Below are positions 18,626 to 28,368 of a stretch of DNA of 64,000 bases, in pieces. The notes beneath the pieces are model-generated. The model was given only the letters and a program-made list of their open reading frames with translations, ran no database searches and was not told the origin of the DNA. Positions within the stretch are counted from its first letter, which is position 1, and the number at the start of each line of letters is the position of its first letter. The DNA is from Gaiellales bacterium (GTDB lineage: Bacteria; Actinomycetota; Thermoleophilia; Gaiellales; Gaiellaceae): the NCBI GenBank assembly GCA_038214705.1, contig JBBQRN010000003.1, positions 99,853-163,852 on the forward strand, in the 5' to 3' direction. The translations under genes were made by a program, and so were the position numbers.

Positions 18626-18671
18626 CCCGGGAATAACAGAAGGTTTCTTCTGTAGTGCTATCGTAATTTCT

Positions 18672-18818
18672 AGCCGGGGGGCACTATCCCCCAACGGGCG
18701 ATCTCGTCAGAACGGCAGCGCCGGATGCGCTGCCCGGGATCGTCGGCCTACCCAGTCGCCAGCGCGACCCGGGCGGGAGAAACCTCCGGCTGACAGCTCG
18801 ATCGTCAGCCGGAAAGGA
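18672..18818 (+). promoter_or_regulatory. Structured 5' leader of htpX; candidate yybP-ykoY (Mn2+)-like riboswitch
   Basis: TATCGT -10 at 18659-18664; AGCCGG(18672)/CCGGCT(18786-18791) closing stem; CGTCAGAACGG loop; GAGAAACC; competing hairpin CCGGCTGAC/GTCAGCCGG abutting AAAGGA RBS. Confidence 0.5.
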
Positions 18819-18827
18819 ATCTCGCAC

Positions 18828-19685
18828 ATGACAACGCGTCTTCGCACCTGGATGCTGATCGCCGGGTTGAGCGTGCTCTTCGTCTCGCTCGGCGCCTTCG
18901 TGGGAGGTACGAGCGGGTTGATCCTGTTCCTCCTCCTCGCGCTCACGTTCAACTTCGCGATGTACTGGTTTTCCGATCGCATCACGCTTCGGGTCAGCCG
19001 TGCGAAGCCGCTCGAGCGCTCCGAGGCTCCTACGGTGTACGCGGACGTGGAGGATCTCGCCCAGCGAGCCGGCCTGCCGGTGCCGCGCCTCTACCTGATC
19101 GGGTCGGAGCAGCCGAACGCCTTCGCCACTGGGCGGAGCCCGAAGAAGTCGGCGGTGGCGGTCACCGAGGGGCTCGTCCGCAGCCTCCCGCGCGAGCAGG
19201 TTCGCGGCGTGCTTGCTCACGAGCTCGCTCATATCAAGAACCGCGATGTGCTCGTTACCACCGTCGCCGCGATGATCGGTGCTGCGATCACGGCAGTCGC
19301 GCACTTCCTTCAGTTCAGCTGGCTCTTCGGCGGGGACGAGGAGGAGAGCCCCCTCGGCTTCGTTGGCACCCTTGCCGCGATCCTGATCGCCCCGATCGCG
19401 GCGATGATTCTTCAGCTCGCCGTCTCCCGCCAGCGCGAATACCTGGCCGATGCGACGGCGGCCGAGCTGCTTGGCGAAGGACGCCCGCTCGCGTACGCGC
19501 TCGAGTCGCTCGAGCGCGGCGTAGAGGCGGTGCCGATGGCCGTCAGCCCCGCGACTGCATCCCTCTACATCGCGAACCCGCTCGCCGGTGTGGGGATGGC
19601 CTCGCTCTTCTCCACCCATCCGCCGATCCCACAGCGGGTCGCGCGGCTGCGAGAGAGGGATCGTCGCTCCGGCAACGTCTGGTAG
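18828..19685 (+). CDS. htpX: M48 family zinc metalloprotease HtpX
   Basis: PNAFATGR, LAHELAHIKNRD, SRQREYLADA, LFSTHPP. Confidence 0.95.
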   Translation: MTTRLRTWMLIAGLSVLFVSLGAFVGGTSGLILFLLLALTFNFAMYWFSDRITLRVSRAKPLERSEAPTVYADVEDLAQRAGLPVPRLYLIGSEQPNAFATGRSPKKSAVAVTEGLVRSLPREQVRGVLAHELAHIKNRDVLVTTVAAMIGAAITAVAHFLQFSWLFGGDEEESPLGFVGTLAAILIAPIAAMILQLAVSRQREYLADATAAELLGEGRPLAYALESLERGVEAVPMAVSPATASLYIANPLAGVGMASLFSTHPPIPQRVARLRERDRRSGNVW

Positions 19686-19703
19686 CCCTGTGTAGGACCG
19701 GCC

Positions 19704-20855
19704 ATGGGAGTGTCGAACAACGCTCCCATGGCGGCAACCCAGGAAGCCCTCTACGGGGCGCACGACCTCGAGCTGTCCTGGTCGGAAGCATCGCTGCCGG
19801 AGCGCGAGCGGACGAAGCACGTCCACCGCCTCCATCCCTATCTCGGCAAGTTCATTCCCCAGCTCGTGGAGACGCTGCTCGACCGTCACGTCCCGCCGGC
19901 CGGCCGGGTGCTCGACCCGTTCGCCGGGTCCGGCACTACCCTCGTGCAGGCGCTCGAGTCCGGCTACGACGCGACGGGCGTGGACATCGCGGGGTTCAAC
20001 GCGCTGCTCGCGCGGGTCAAGACGCGGCCCTACAACCTCGACGCCCTTCGCGAGGATCTTCTCTGGGCGCACGCGCAGGCGGAGGCGTTCGAGCCGCGCG
20101 GCCGCTATCCACGTGAGGCGTCCGCCTACGTCCGGGCCTGGTATGCCCCAGTCGCCGCCGAGGAGCTGCTGCACTTCCGCTCACTGATCGAGCAGGTCGG
20201 CTCGGCCGACGTGCTGCGGGTCGTGCTCGCGCGGTCGGCGCGGTCGGCCCGGCGGACTGCCCACTTCGACCTCGACTTCCCGCGGCAGCCGCAGCTCGAG
20301 CCGTACTGGTGCTTCAAGCACCGGCGCGAGTGCAAACCGGTCGAGGTGGCGCGCCGGTTTCTCCTGCGCTACACGCTCGACACGCTCGACCGGATCGAGA
20401 CCTTCGGGGCTGCGCGGGCCGGCGGCCGCGTTGCCGCCGTGCTTCACGGAGACGCCCGGACGATCGACCTCGGCGGCCCGTTCGAGGGCGTTGTCACCTC
20501 GCCGCCCTACCCGGGCCTGATCGACTACCACGAGCAGCACCGCTACGCGTATGAGCTGTTGGGGGTGGACGAGCGCCGTGACCTCGAGCTCGGCCGCCCC
20601 GCGAAGGGGACGAGTCGTGCCGCGATCGAGGACTACGTCGCCGGTGTCTCGGCGGTGCTCGAGAACGCACGCCGGTCGCTCGTGCTCGGCGGGCGGATGT
20701 GCATCGTCGTCAACGACCGACGCGACCTCTACCCCGCGATCCTCGACCGGGCCGGACTGCGCCTCGTCGATCGCCACGAGCGGCACGTGAACCGCCGCAC
20801 CGGCCGGCGCTCCGGCGAGTACTACGAGTCGATCCTCGTCGCCGTCGCGCGCTGA
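19704..20855 (+). CDS. Orphan amino (N4-C/N6-A) DNA methyltransferase
   Basis: HPYLGKF, LDPFAGSGTT (motif I), VTSPPY (motif IV); no endonuclease adjacent. Confidence 0.85.
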   Translation: MGVSNNAPMAATQEALYGAHDLELSWSEASLPERERTKHVHRLHPYLGKFIPQLVETLLDRHVPPAGRVLDPFAGSGTTLVQALESGYDATGVDIAGFNALLARVKTRPYNLDALREDLLWAHAQAEAFEPRGRYPREASAYVRAWYAPVAAEELLHFRSLIEQVGSADVLRVVLARSARSARRTAHFDLDFPRQPQLEPYWCFKHRRECKPVEVARRFLLRYTLDTLDRIETFGAARAGGRVAAVLHGDARTIDLGGPFEGVVTSPPYPGLIDYHEQHRYAYELLGVDERRDLELGRPAKGTSRAAIEDYVAGVSAVLENARRSLVLGGRMCIVVNDRRDLYPAILDRAGLRLVDRHERHVNRRTGRRSGEYYESILVAVAR

Positions 20856-21030
20856 CCCCGCCGCGATCCACCCACCGGTGCGACGAGCATCACAAGTGGC
20901 TCCGAACGACAAAGTCTGACCGGCGAACCGGGCAGCTCCTCGAAGGCCCGTCCCGGGCGGGAAAATCCGGCGCTCTTTCGTTTCAGTAACGGCGCAGACA
21001 CGTTGCGGGTGAGCCCGTACCGTCGGAGGG

Positions 21031-22503
21031 ATGCTGGCGCGCGCGATCACCTCGGCAGTCATCGGGCTCGAGCCCAGGCGTGTCGAGGTCGAGGCCCATC
21101 TGGCTACGGCCGATCTTCCGGCCTTCTCGATCGTCGGTCTCGCAGACCGGGCCTGCCAGGAGGCCAAGCATCGGGTGCACAGTGGCATCGTCAACTCGAT
21201 GCTGCCGTGGCCGGCCCGGCACCGGATCACGGTGAATCTCGCCCCGGCGGCGTTGCGCAAGGAGGGGTCGGGGTTCGATCTTCCGATCGCGCTCGCGCTT
21301 CTCGCCGGGTCGAATCAGCTTCCTCCCGGCCGGCTGCTCGAGCATGCATGTGTCGGCGAGCTCTCGCTCGACGGCCGGATTCGCCCGGTCGCGGGCACGA
21401 TCGCGGTCGCAGAGGGCGCTCGCCGGACAGGCCTGACTCGCCTCCTCTGCTCGGCCGACTCCGCATCCGAGGCGGCTCTCGCGGGCATCGACGTGATCCC
21501 GGTCCGACATCTCGCCGAGGCGGTCGCGTACCTGCGGGGTGAGGAGGAGATCGCCTTCGCCGCTCCGCCGGGCATTGACGAGCTCGAGGAGCCCTTCCTG
21601 CCCGACCTGGCGGAGGTGCGAGGGCAGGAGCGGGGGAGACGCGCCCTCGAGATCGCGGCGGCTGGTGAGCACAACGTCCTCCTCGCCGGCCCACCGGGAA
21701 CCGGCAAGACGATGCTCGGACGGCGCCTCCCGGGGATCCTGCCGCCGCTCACCCGCGACGAGGCGCTCGAGGTGACCCGGATCCACTCGGTCGCGGGCAC
21801 GCTCCCGGCCGGGCGCCCGATTCTGCTCGCGCCACCGTTCCGCGCTCCTCATCACGGCGCCTCGGCGGCAGCGATCGTCGGCGGCGGCGCAACGCCTAGG
21901 CCCGGCGAGGCGAGTCTCGCGCATCGGGGCGTGCTGCTCCTCGATGAGCTGCCGGAGTTCCCGCGGCCGGTGCTCGAGTCGCTGCGCCAGCCGCTCGAGG
22001 ACGGGGTCGTCTCGGTCGCCCGGGTCGGCGGTCATGCGCTCTTCCCCGCTCGCTTCCGGCTCGTCGCGACGATGAACCTCTGTCCGTGCGGTGGCCGCGG
22101 TGACCCTGCTGCCGATTGCGGGTGTAGCCCGCAGCGTATCTCCGCCTATCGCGAGAAGGTGTCGCGAGCGCTGCTCGATCGCTTCGACCTGGTGGTGGCG
22201 ATGCCGAGGCCGCGGGCGGCCGAGCTTGCAGCGCCGCCCGGCGAGGCTTCTGCGACCGTGAGGGCGCGCGTCGTCGCGGCGCGGCAGCGGCTGTGTGACG
22301 GTGATGTGCTGCGGCGCACCGAGGCTGCCTCGGCGCTGCTCGACCGGGCGGTTGACCGCGTGCCGCTCTCGGGGCGCGGCCGGGCCAGGGTGGCGAGGGT
22401 CTCACGCACGATCGCAGCCCTGGCCGACGCTGATGCGGTCATGCCCGAGCACCTCGCCGAGGCCCTCTCCTACCGCTCTCCGGTGGGGGTTCCGTCGGCA
22501 TGA
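21031..22503 (+). CDS. comM: ComM/YifB Mg-chelatase-like AAA+ ATPase
   Basis: NLAPAALRKEGSGFDLPIA, GPPGTGKT, FRAPHH, LLDELPEF, SRALLDRFD. Confidence 0.94.
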   Translation: MLARAITSAVIGLEPRRVEVEAHLATADLPAFSIVGLADRACQEAKHRVHSGIVNSMLPWPARHRITVNLAPAALRKEGSGFDLPIALALLAGSNQLPPGRLLEHACVGELSLDGRIRPVAGTIAVAEGARRTGLTRLLCSADSASEAALAGIDVIPVRHLAEAVAYLRGEEEIAFAAPPGIDELEEPFLPDLAEVRGQERGRRALEIAAAGEHNVLLAGPPGTGKTMLGRRLPGILPPLTRDEALEVTRIHSVAGTLPAGRPILLAPPFRAPHHGASAAAIVGGGATPRPGEASLAHRGVLLLDELPEFPRPVLESLRQPLEDGVVSVARVGGHALFPARFRLVATMNLCPCGGRGDPAADCGCSPQRISAYREKVSRALLDRFDLVVAMPRPRAAELAAPPGEASATVRARVVAARQRLCDGDVLRRTEAASALLDRAVDRVPLSGRGRARVARVSRTIAALADADAVMPEHLAEALSYRSPVGVPSA

Positions 22504-23357
22504 GCGTCAGGCGCCTCCATCGTCGCGCGGCCGGGTATCCGCCTCTGCTCTCGGTGATCCCCGATCCGCCCGCCGTAATCTGGCTCCGAGGGGCTGCCGA
22601 AACCGAGCTGCTCGCTCGGCCGGCAGTAGCGGTCGTCGGCGCGCGGGCCTGCTCGTCCTACGGGCGCTCCGTCGCCCGCTCCCTTGGACGCGAGCTGGCT
22701 GCGGCCGGTCTCGTCGTGGTGAGCGGGCTGGCACGGGGGATCGACGCGGAGGCCCACAGGGGGGCGCTCGATGCCGACGGTCTGACGGTTGCGGTGCTCG
22801 GGTGTGGGATCGACCGCGACTACCCCGCCGCCCACCGTGAGCTCGCGAGCCGGATCACAGCGAAGGGCCTGATCGTCTCCGAGTACGAGGCCGGAGTTGA
22901 GCCGGCTCCGTGGCGGTTTCCGGCTCGAAACAGAATCATCGCCGGCCTCTGCCACGCCACTGTGGTTGTCGAGGCGCGCGAGCGGTCGGGTGCGCTGATC
23001 ACGGCCGATTTCGCGCTCGAGGACGGACGGGAGGTGATGACCGTGCCGGGCGAGATCACATCGGCCGTCTCGGCCGGCTCGAACGCGCTGCTGCGGCTCG
23101 GAGCGACACCCGTGACGGCGGCGGCCGACGTGCTCGAGGCGTACGGGATCGAAGTTCAACGCGTGCCTCCCCCTGTGCCGGGTGGGCTCGCGGGAGTCGT
23201 GCTCGGCAGGCTCGCCGGCGGGTCCGCGAGCATCGACGACCTGGCGCGCATGATCGGAACGGCCCCGGGCGACATCGCCGCCGCGCTGATCGAGCTCGAG
23301 CTTGCAGGGAGCGTCACCGAGGACGACGGCGTCTATCGGGCTACGATCACCCGGTGA
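22500..23357 (+). CDS. dprA: DNA processing protein DprA
   Basis: VAVVGARACS, VSGLARGID.EAH, FPARNRIIAGL, SGALITA; C-terminal winged helix. Confidence 0.96.
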   Translation: MSVRRLHRRAAGYPPLLSVIPDPPAVIWLRGAAETELLARPAVAVVGARACSSYGRSVARSLGRELAAAGLVVVSGLARGIDAEAHRGALDADGLTVAVLGCGIDRDYPAAHRELASRITAKGLIVSEYEAGVEPAPWRFPARNRIIAGLCHATVVVEARERSGALITADFALEDGREVMTVPGEITSAVSAGSNALLRLGATPVTAAADVLEAYGIEVQRVPPPVPGGLAGVVLGRLAGGSASIDDLARMIGTAPGDIAAALIELELAGSVTEDDGVYRATITR

Positions 23358-23399
23358 GACGGCTGTCGGCCGTATGAGCGTCGCCAGTACGATCCGCGC

Positions 23400-24968
23400 G
23401 TGCTCCTCGACCGGATTCCGGGCGGGCGGCGGGCGATCTTCGTCGCGGTGCTCGCAACCGTTGCCGCAGCTGTGGTCGTCGCGGCTCCGGCCGCGACCGC
23501 CGCCGACCGCTCCGTCGCCGTCATCGTCGTGCCGCGATTCGATCCGGCGGCATATGTGGGTCGTGGCGCCGTTGGCCTCCTCGTCCCCGGGGCGGGGTCG
23601 ACGGTGTCGCGGGAGCGAGCGCTGGCATCGCTCGTGCGCGGGCGAGTCGTCTCGTCGCTCGTCGGCCTCGACGGCGAGCCGATGCTGGAGCTCGCCGACG
23701 TACCTGCCGTAACGACGGTGTACGTGGCGCTGCCGCCGCCCGGTTCCCACCACAACGTCGTGCGCTACCCCGTCGCGATCGTCGGACCCGGCTACCACGG
23801 CCTCCTCACATCGGGGTCGACGCGGATCGACGGCCTCGTCTCGCTGGCCGATATCGCACCAACCGCTGTTGCGATCCGCTTGGGTAAGACACCCAGGATA
23901 CGGGCCAGGTCCGACGCGGACGCAGTCGCCACGCTGATGCGTCTCGACGCTCGTCTCGCCCAGGCCCACGACGCACGCACGGGGGTGACGCTCGTGCTCG
24001 TGGGCTGGCTCGTGGCCTTCGCGTCCGCCGGCATCCTCGGCCGCTTCGCCCTCGCGGGTCGGGCAGCCGTGCTCGTTGCACCCGTGGCGCTCGCCACGGC
24101 GCTCATGCTTCGCGCCGTGGGAATCGACGACCCGTCCTCCGTCGTCGTCGTGCTCGGCCTGGCGACCGGAGTTGGCTCGGTGCTTCTCGCGCTCCGCCGT
24201 CAGCTGCTCGGGCCGGCCGTTGTGGGCTTGCTGGCGACGTTCCTCGTCGTTCTCACCCTCCGGCCCGAGGTCAATGCGCTGGCTGCGATCGGGCCACACC
24301 CCGACGGAGGCGGCAGGTTCTTCGGCGTCACGAACCAGGTCGAGACGCTCCTGTTGGCCCCGTCACTCGCCGCCGCGGCGTCGGTGGGGGTAGCAGGTGC
24401 AGCGGCGATCGGGTTTCTTCTCCTCGTCGCGGTCGGCTGGAGCCGGGCTGGGGCGGACGGAGGCGGGGTCATCGTCGTAGCCGCGGCGTTCGCCGTTCTG
24501 CTCGCGGGGGTTGCCCGAATCAGGTTGACACCGGCCAAGGTGGTCGCCGGCGTGTTGGGCATCGTTGCCCTGGCGCTGCTCGTCGTCGGCCTCGATGCCC
24601 TCCTCGGAGGATCGAGCCACGTAACGAGTGCAGTGGGTGGTGGCCCGGGCACCCTGTTCGATGACCTCGGCCGGCGGATCCGGATCTCCTTGGCCGGCGG
24701 CACCTCGGCCGTGCACACGGCGTTCCTCTGCCTCCTCTCGCTCGGCGGTCTGGCCTGGCTTGGGGTACGGGGACGACGCAGCCCGGTGATCGTGGCAATG
24801 CTCGTCGGCGTCGGGGTCTCGTTCGTCGTCAACGACACGCCGGTCGACGTGCTCGGCTATGGCGCCCTTGGCTGCCTAGCGCTGACTGCCTGGGACGAGA
24901 CGCGAGTCAGCTCGCGCAGCGTCGCGCCGAGCCGCCTGACAGAGCAGCCAGCGCACCCTCAGCGTTGA
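23400..24968 (+). CDS. Multi-pass membrane protein of unknown function with extracytoplasmic N-terminal domain
   Basis: 522 aa; signal/TM start, GLLTSGSTRIDGLVSLADIAPT, GGRFFGVTN, many C-terminal TM segments; TACGAT 7 nt before GTG. Confidence 0.7.
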   Translation: MLLDRIPGGRRAIFVAVLATVAAAVVVAAPAATAADRSVAVIVVPRFDPAAYVGRGAVGLLVPGAGSTVSRERALASLVRGRVVSSLVGLDGEPMLELADVPAVTTVYVALPPPGSHHNVVRYPVAIVGPGYHGLLTSGSTRIDGLVSLADIAPTAVAIRLGKTPRIRARSDADAVATLMRLDARLAQAHDARTGVTLVLVGWLVAFASAGILGRFALAGRAAVLVAPVALATALMLRAVGIDDPSSVVVVLGLATGVGSVLLALRRQLLGPAVVGLLATFLVVLTLRPEVNALAAIGPHPDGGGRFFGVTNQVETLLLAPSLAAAASVGVAGAAAIGFLLLVAVGWSRAGADGGGVIVVAAAFAVLLAGVARIRLTPAKVVAGVLGIVALALLVVGLDALLGGSSHVTSAVGGGPGTLFDDLGRRIRISLAGGTSAVHTAFLCLLSLGGLAWLGVRGRRSPVIVAMLVGVGVSFVVNDTPVDVLGYGALGCLALTAWDETRVSSRSVAPSRLTEQPAHPQR

Positions 24969-26526
24969 CGTACAGCCCCAGGGTCATCACTCCGGCCCGG
25001 GCCGTCGTCAGGCGCACGGTGCCGTCTTGCGCCTTCGAGAGGCAGCCTGAAGGCGTGCGCCAGTACGGAGACCAATTGATCGCGATTCGGTAAGTACCCG
25101 GCCGGTCGAGGTCGAGCGTGACCCCACTCTGGCCGAGGGCGAGCACGCGGGGCGTACCCGGGCCGGTCACGATGCCTTTCGGCGAGGGCACGGCGTAGAC
25201 GGTCGTATGAGCCGAGCGGAATGCCACCGTCAAGCCCGAGCGACCGGCCGTGATCAGGGCGCCCTCGTCGCGGGCGCTGTAGTCGAGCGGCGCGTCGGGG
25301 AGGACGACGTATTTGACGCCGAGCGAGCGGAGCCAGGCGACGTAGTTGCTCCGGTCGAGCTTTGCGTAGAGGACCTGATTGCGCGGGAAGTCGTCCTGGC
25401 GGAACCAGCCGCGCGCGATCGGGATCCCTGCCGCCGGGAGGTACGCCGCCGGCCAGTGGCCGGTCGTGTCCACCGCCTCGACGCGGTAGGAGGGCGTGAG
25501 GTGGCCGCGCAGGAACTGGACCGTCGGCGCCCAGTAGGCGGCCGAGGCCGCCTGGTCGGCATTGCCCTTCACATAGCTCGCTGCAAGTGGGGTCAGGTTC
25601 CAGGAGACCGCGAGCGCGAGCGCAAAGATCGCGAGCGGCAGCGGCCGCCAGCGGCGCAGGGAGAGCGTCAGGATCGCGATCGGGATCGCCGCGTAGCGGA
25701 GACGGGCGATGTTCTCGCCGAGGCCCGACGGGACGAGGTACGCCGCGATGCACGCGACGAGGTAGACGACGTACATCCAGCGGAGAACTCCGGCCGCGGC
25801 AACTCGCCAGGTGAGGACGATCCCGAGCCCGCAGAACACGCACGCGGCTGCAAACTCCGGCAACGAGAACGGGAACCGGCCACCGCCCGGAAAGAGGCGC
25901 AGCAGGACGAGCTCGACCACGGTCGCTGTGCCGAGTGTGGCGAGCGGCAGAACGAGGTCCGCACCGCGCGGCGCGCGCGAGAGGCCGACGCCGGCGAGGA
26001 CGATCGCCAGGAGTACAAACGCGACCGGGCTCGCGGCGAGAACGAGCGCAGTGAGCACGGCGAATCGTCCGAGCCGTCCGGTCTGGAGCGCCCACAGCGC
26101 GAGCAAGGCGAGCGCCATCCCGAGCGCGAAGGGGAATGCGCCTGAGAGCATCACACCGGCCCAGACGACGGCGAAGGAGCGGGTCGCCCACCGGGACGTC
26201 GCTCCCCACTCGCGCGACGCCACCACCCCGAAGGCGAGCGCGGCCGTGGCGATACTGATGACGGCGAGCAGCTTGATCCCGACGAGCGCGGCGAGCGGGT
26301 AGTAGAGGAGGCTGTAGGTGACGAAGCTGTAGCGCCCCGCGTACCAGAAGTTGTTCCAGATCCCGAACCCGTGATTCTCGAACAGGGCGCTCTGGTAGAG
26401 GTGGGCCGCGAAGTCGCTGCCCGGTGGCCCGTACCAGGCGAGTGCCGCCGCCAGGGCGGCAGCGACGCCGGCCGCAGCGAGGGTCTCGCGGGGGATCTCG
26501 TGCTCGTGGTGGGCGATCGACGTCAT
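24907..26526 (-). CDS. Multi-pass membrane protein, possibly GT-C-fold
   Basis: 539 aa; DFAAH..WNNFWYAG loop after TM1, about 11 TM segments, soluble C-terminal domain. Confidence 0.65.
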   Translation of the reverse strand: MTSIAHHEHEIPRETLAAAGVAAALAAALAWYGPPGSDFAAHLYQSALFENHGFGIWNNFWYAGRYSFVTYSLLYYPLAALVGIKLLAVISIATAALAFGVVASREWGATSRWATRSFAVVWAGVMLSGAFPFALGMALALLALWALQTGRLGRFAVLTALVLAASPVAFVLLAIVLAGVGLSRAPRGADLVLPLATLGTATVVELVLLRLFPGGGRFPFSLPEFAAACVFCGLGIVLTWRVAAAGVLRWMYVVYLVACIAAYLVPSGLGENIARLRYAAIPIAILTLSLRRWRPLPLAIFALALAVSWNLTPLAASYVKGNADQAASAAYWAPTVQFLRGHLTPSYRVEAVDTTGHWPAAYLPAAGIPIARGWFRQDDFPRNQVLYAKLDRSNYVAWLRSLGVKYVVLPDAPLDYSARDEGALITAGRSGLTVAFRSAHTTVYAVPSPKGIVTGPGTPRVLALGQSGVTLDLDRPGTYRIAINWSPYWRTPSGCLSKAQDGTVRLTTARAGVMTLGLYVNAEGALAALSGGSARRCAS

Positions 26527-26566
26527 CGGGGGAGGCGGAGCCTCGCCGTGATCCTAGTGGTAGAGG

Positions 26567-26586
26567 CGACCGACTTCAGCCGGTCG
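26567..26586. repeat. CGACCGACTTCAGTCGGTCG-family palindrome
   Basis: CGACCGACTTCAGCCGGTCG in a divergent intergenic region; other copies at 42630 and 45416. Confidence 0.8.
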
Positions 26587-26624
26587 TCGGATTCTTCGTG
26601 ACATAGCCCGCGTAGGATCCCCGC

Positions 26625-27755
26625 GTGACCTCGTACTGGCTCGACGATCCTATCCCGGCACGCCCGCACGCCTCGGTTCCCGATCCCGACGTCGTCGTGA
26701 TCGGCGCCGGCGTGACCGGCTGCGCGGCGGCGCTGCGTCTTGCCCAGGCCGGCAAGCGCGTGCGCCTCTACGACGGACGCAACGTGGCCGAAGGTGCGAG
26801 CGGCCGCAACGGCGGCTTCGCACTGCGCGGCATGCCGGCTGCCTTCGATGTCACCGCGGAGTCGGTCGGCGAGGAGACGGCCCGGGAGCTGATGGCCTGG
26901 ACCGAGCGGGCGTTGCGCACGATGGAGGAACTCGCGGGCGATGCCTTCCGTCAGGTGGGCTCCCTGCGGATCTCGGTCGACGACGAGGAGCGCGACGAGC
27001 TGCGCACGGAGTACGACGCCCTCGTCGCGGCCGGCTTCGCCGCCGACTGGCTGGAGGGCTCCGAGCTCGCGCCAGCCGGCCGCTTTACGGCCGCGCTGCG
27101 CCACGTCCCCGACGGCGTGCTCCAGCCGGCCCGCTGGGTGAGGCGGCTTGCCGGGTACGCGGCCGCCGTGGGCGTCGAGATCCGTGAGCAGCAGCGTGTC
27201 ATCTCGCTCGGCGACCTCGCCGGCGCTACCGTCGTCGTCTGCACCGACGGCTACCCGAGCGGCCTGCTCGGCCCGATCGAGGGGTTGATCATCCCGACGC
27301 GCGGGCAGGTGATCGCCACCGAGCCGGTTCCCGAGCGGCTCTACGAGGTACCGCACTACGGCCGCCACGGCTTCGACTACTGGCATCAGGCCGAGGACGG
27401 GAGGATCGTTGCCGGCGGTTTCCGCGACGTTTCTCTCGACTCGGAGTTCACGGCCGACGAGCAGCTGACGCAGCCGGTGCAGCAAGCCTTGCAGTCGTTC
27501 GTCAACGAGCTGGTGGGACGGGAGCTGCGGGTGGACTACGCGTGGCCCGGCATCTTCGGGATGGTGATGGACTTTCTTCCCGTCGTCGGCCGGGTGCCGG
27601 AGCTCGACGACGTCTGGGTCGCCGGCGGCTACTCGGGTCACGGCAACGTGCTCGGGTTCGCCTGCGGCGAGCTCGTCGCCCAGAGCGTCCTCGGCGAGGA
27701 CGCGCCGTTCCTCGACGTGCTCGACCCGGCGCGGCTGCTGAATCCCGACGCCTGA
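26625..27755 (+). CDS. FAD-dependent oxidoreductase (DAO/PuuB family)
   Basis: VVIGAGVTG, GASGRNGG, GGYSGHG. Confidence 0.9.
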   Translation: MTSYWLDDPIPARPHASVPDPDVVVIGAGVTGCAAALRLAQAGKRVRLYDGRNVAEGASGRNGGFALRGMPAAFDVTAESVGEETARELMAWTERALRTMEELAGDAFRQVGSLRISVDDEERDELRTEYDALVAAGFAADWLEGSELAPAGRFTAALRHVPDGVLQPARWVRRLAGYAAAVGVEIREQQRVISLGDLAGATVVVCTDGYPSGLLGPIEGLIIPTRGQVIATEPVPERLYEVPHYGRHGFDYWHQAEDGRIVAGGFRDVSLDSEFTADEQLTQPVQQALQSFVNELVGRELRVDYAWPGIFGMVMDFLPVVGRVPELDDVWVAGGYSGHGNVLGFACGELVAQSVLGEDAPFLDVLDPARLLNPDA

Positions 27756-27843
27756 CGGCGCGGTCGGCCGCCATCGCGGCGGGCGTCGCGGAGATCCGTC
27801 GTTTCGAGATCGCACGGCGCCCGCCGCGCAGCCGTTGTCGTCC

Positions 27844-28134
27844 CTACGCCACCATCTCGCAGGCGACCTCGAACACCTCCACAGACGTCCGCCGCCCGTT
27901 TCCCTCGTCCGGAGGGCTCATCCCGTCGAGGATCGCGGAGCCGGCTCGCATGTCCTCCTCGGAGGGGAAGCGGGTGCCGACCATGACCTTCCCGGTCGAG
28001 CGGTCAGTGAGGACGATGAGGCGGCTCGCGTTCATGCCCTCCGGCTGGCCGTCGGTCTCGTTGATCTGCTTCACCAGCGCCTCGAGCGCAGTGTCGTCCA
28101 TCTCGAACGTGGCCATGCGAACGTATTCCGGCAT
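27844..28134 (-). CDS. Small hypothetical protein (ABM-like alpha+beta barrel)
   Basis: 96 aa with AAGGAG RBS; DRSTGKVM..RF.SEEDMRA..VEVFEV pattern. Confidence 0.7.
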   Translation of the reverse strand: MPEYVRMATFEMDDTALEALVKQINETDGQPEGMNASRLIVLTDRSTGKVMVGTRFPSEEDMRAGSAILDGMSPPDEGNGRRTSVEVFEVACEMVA

Positions 28135-28368
28135 CTCTGCCTCCTTCGGGTCGGTCGGGCTGGAGGTACTCGAACCGGGTCAGTATGGACGATCTGCGCC
28201 CGCCTGCAAAGGCGTGTCACAACGCGATCGTCGAGACCTCTTCAGCGGAGCGAGCGGCTGGGATTGTGATTCCGTTGAGCCCCTGAAGCTTGGCACCGGT
28301 TCCCCCGGTCGGCTCAATCGGGAGGTCGGGCGGTGGGGGCGGGTGGCGCCCCCACCGCAGCGCAGCGG

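Noticed and set aside
20856-21030. CCCGGGCGGGA motif shared with the htpX leader
   Set aside because: About 11 nt of GC-rich identity; no matching stems or loop motif
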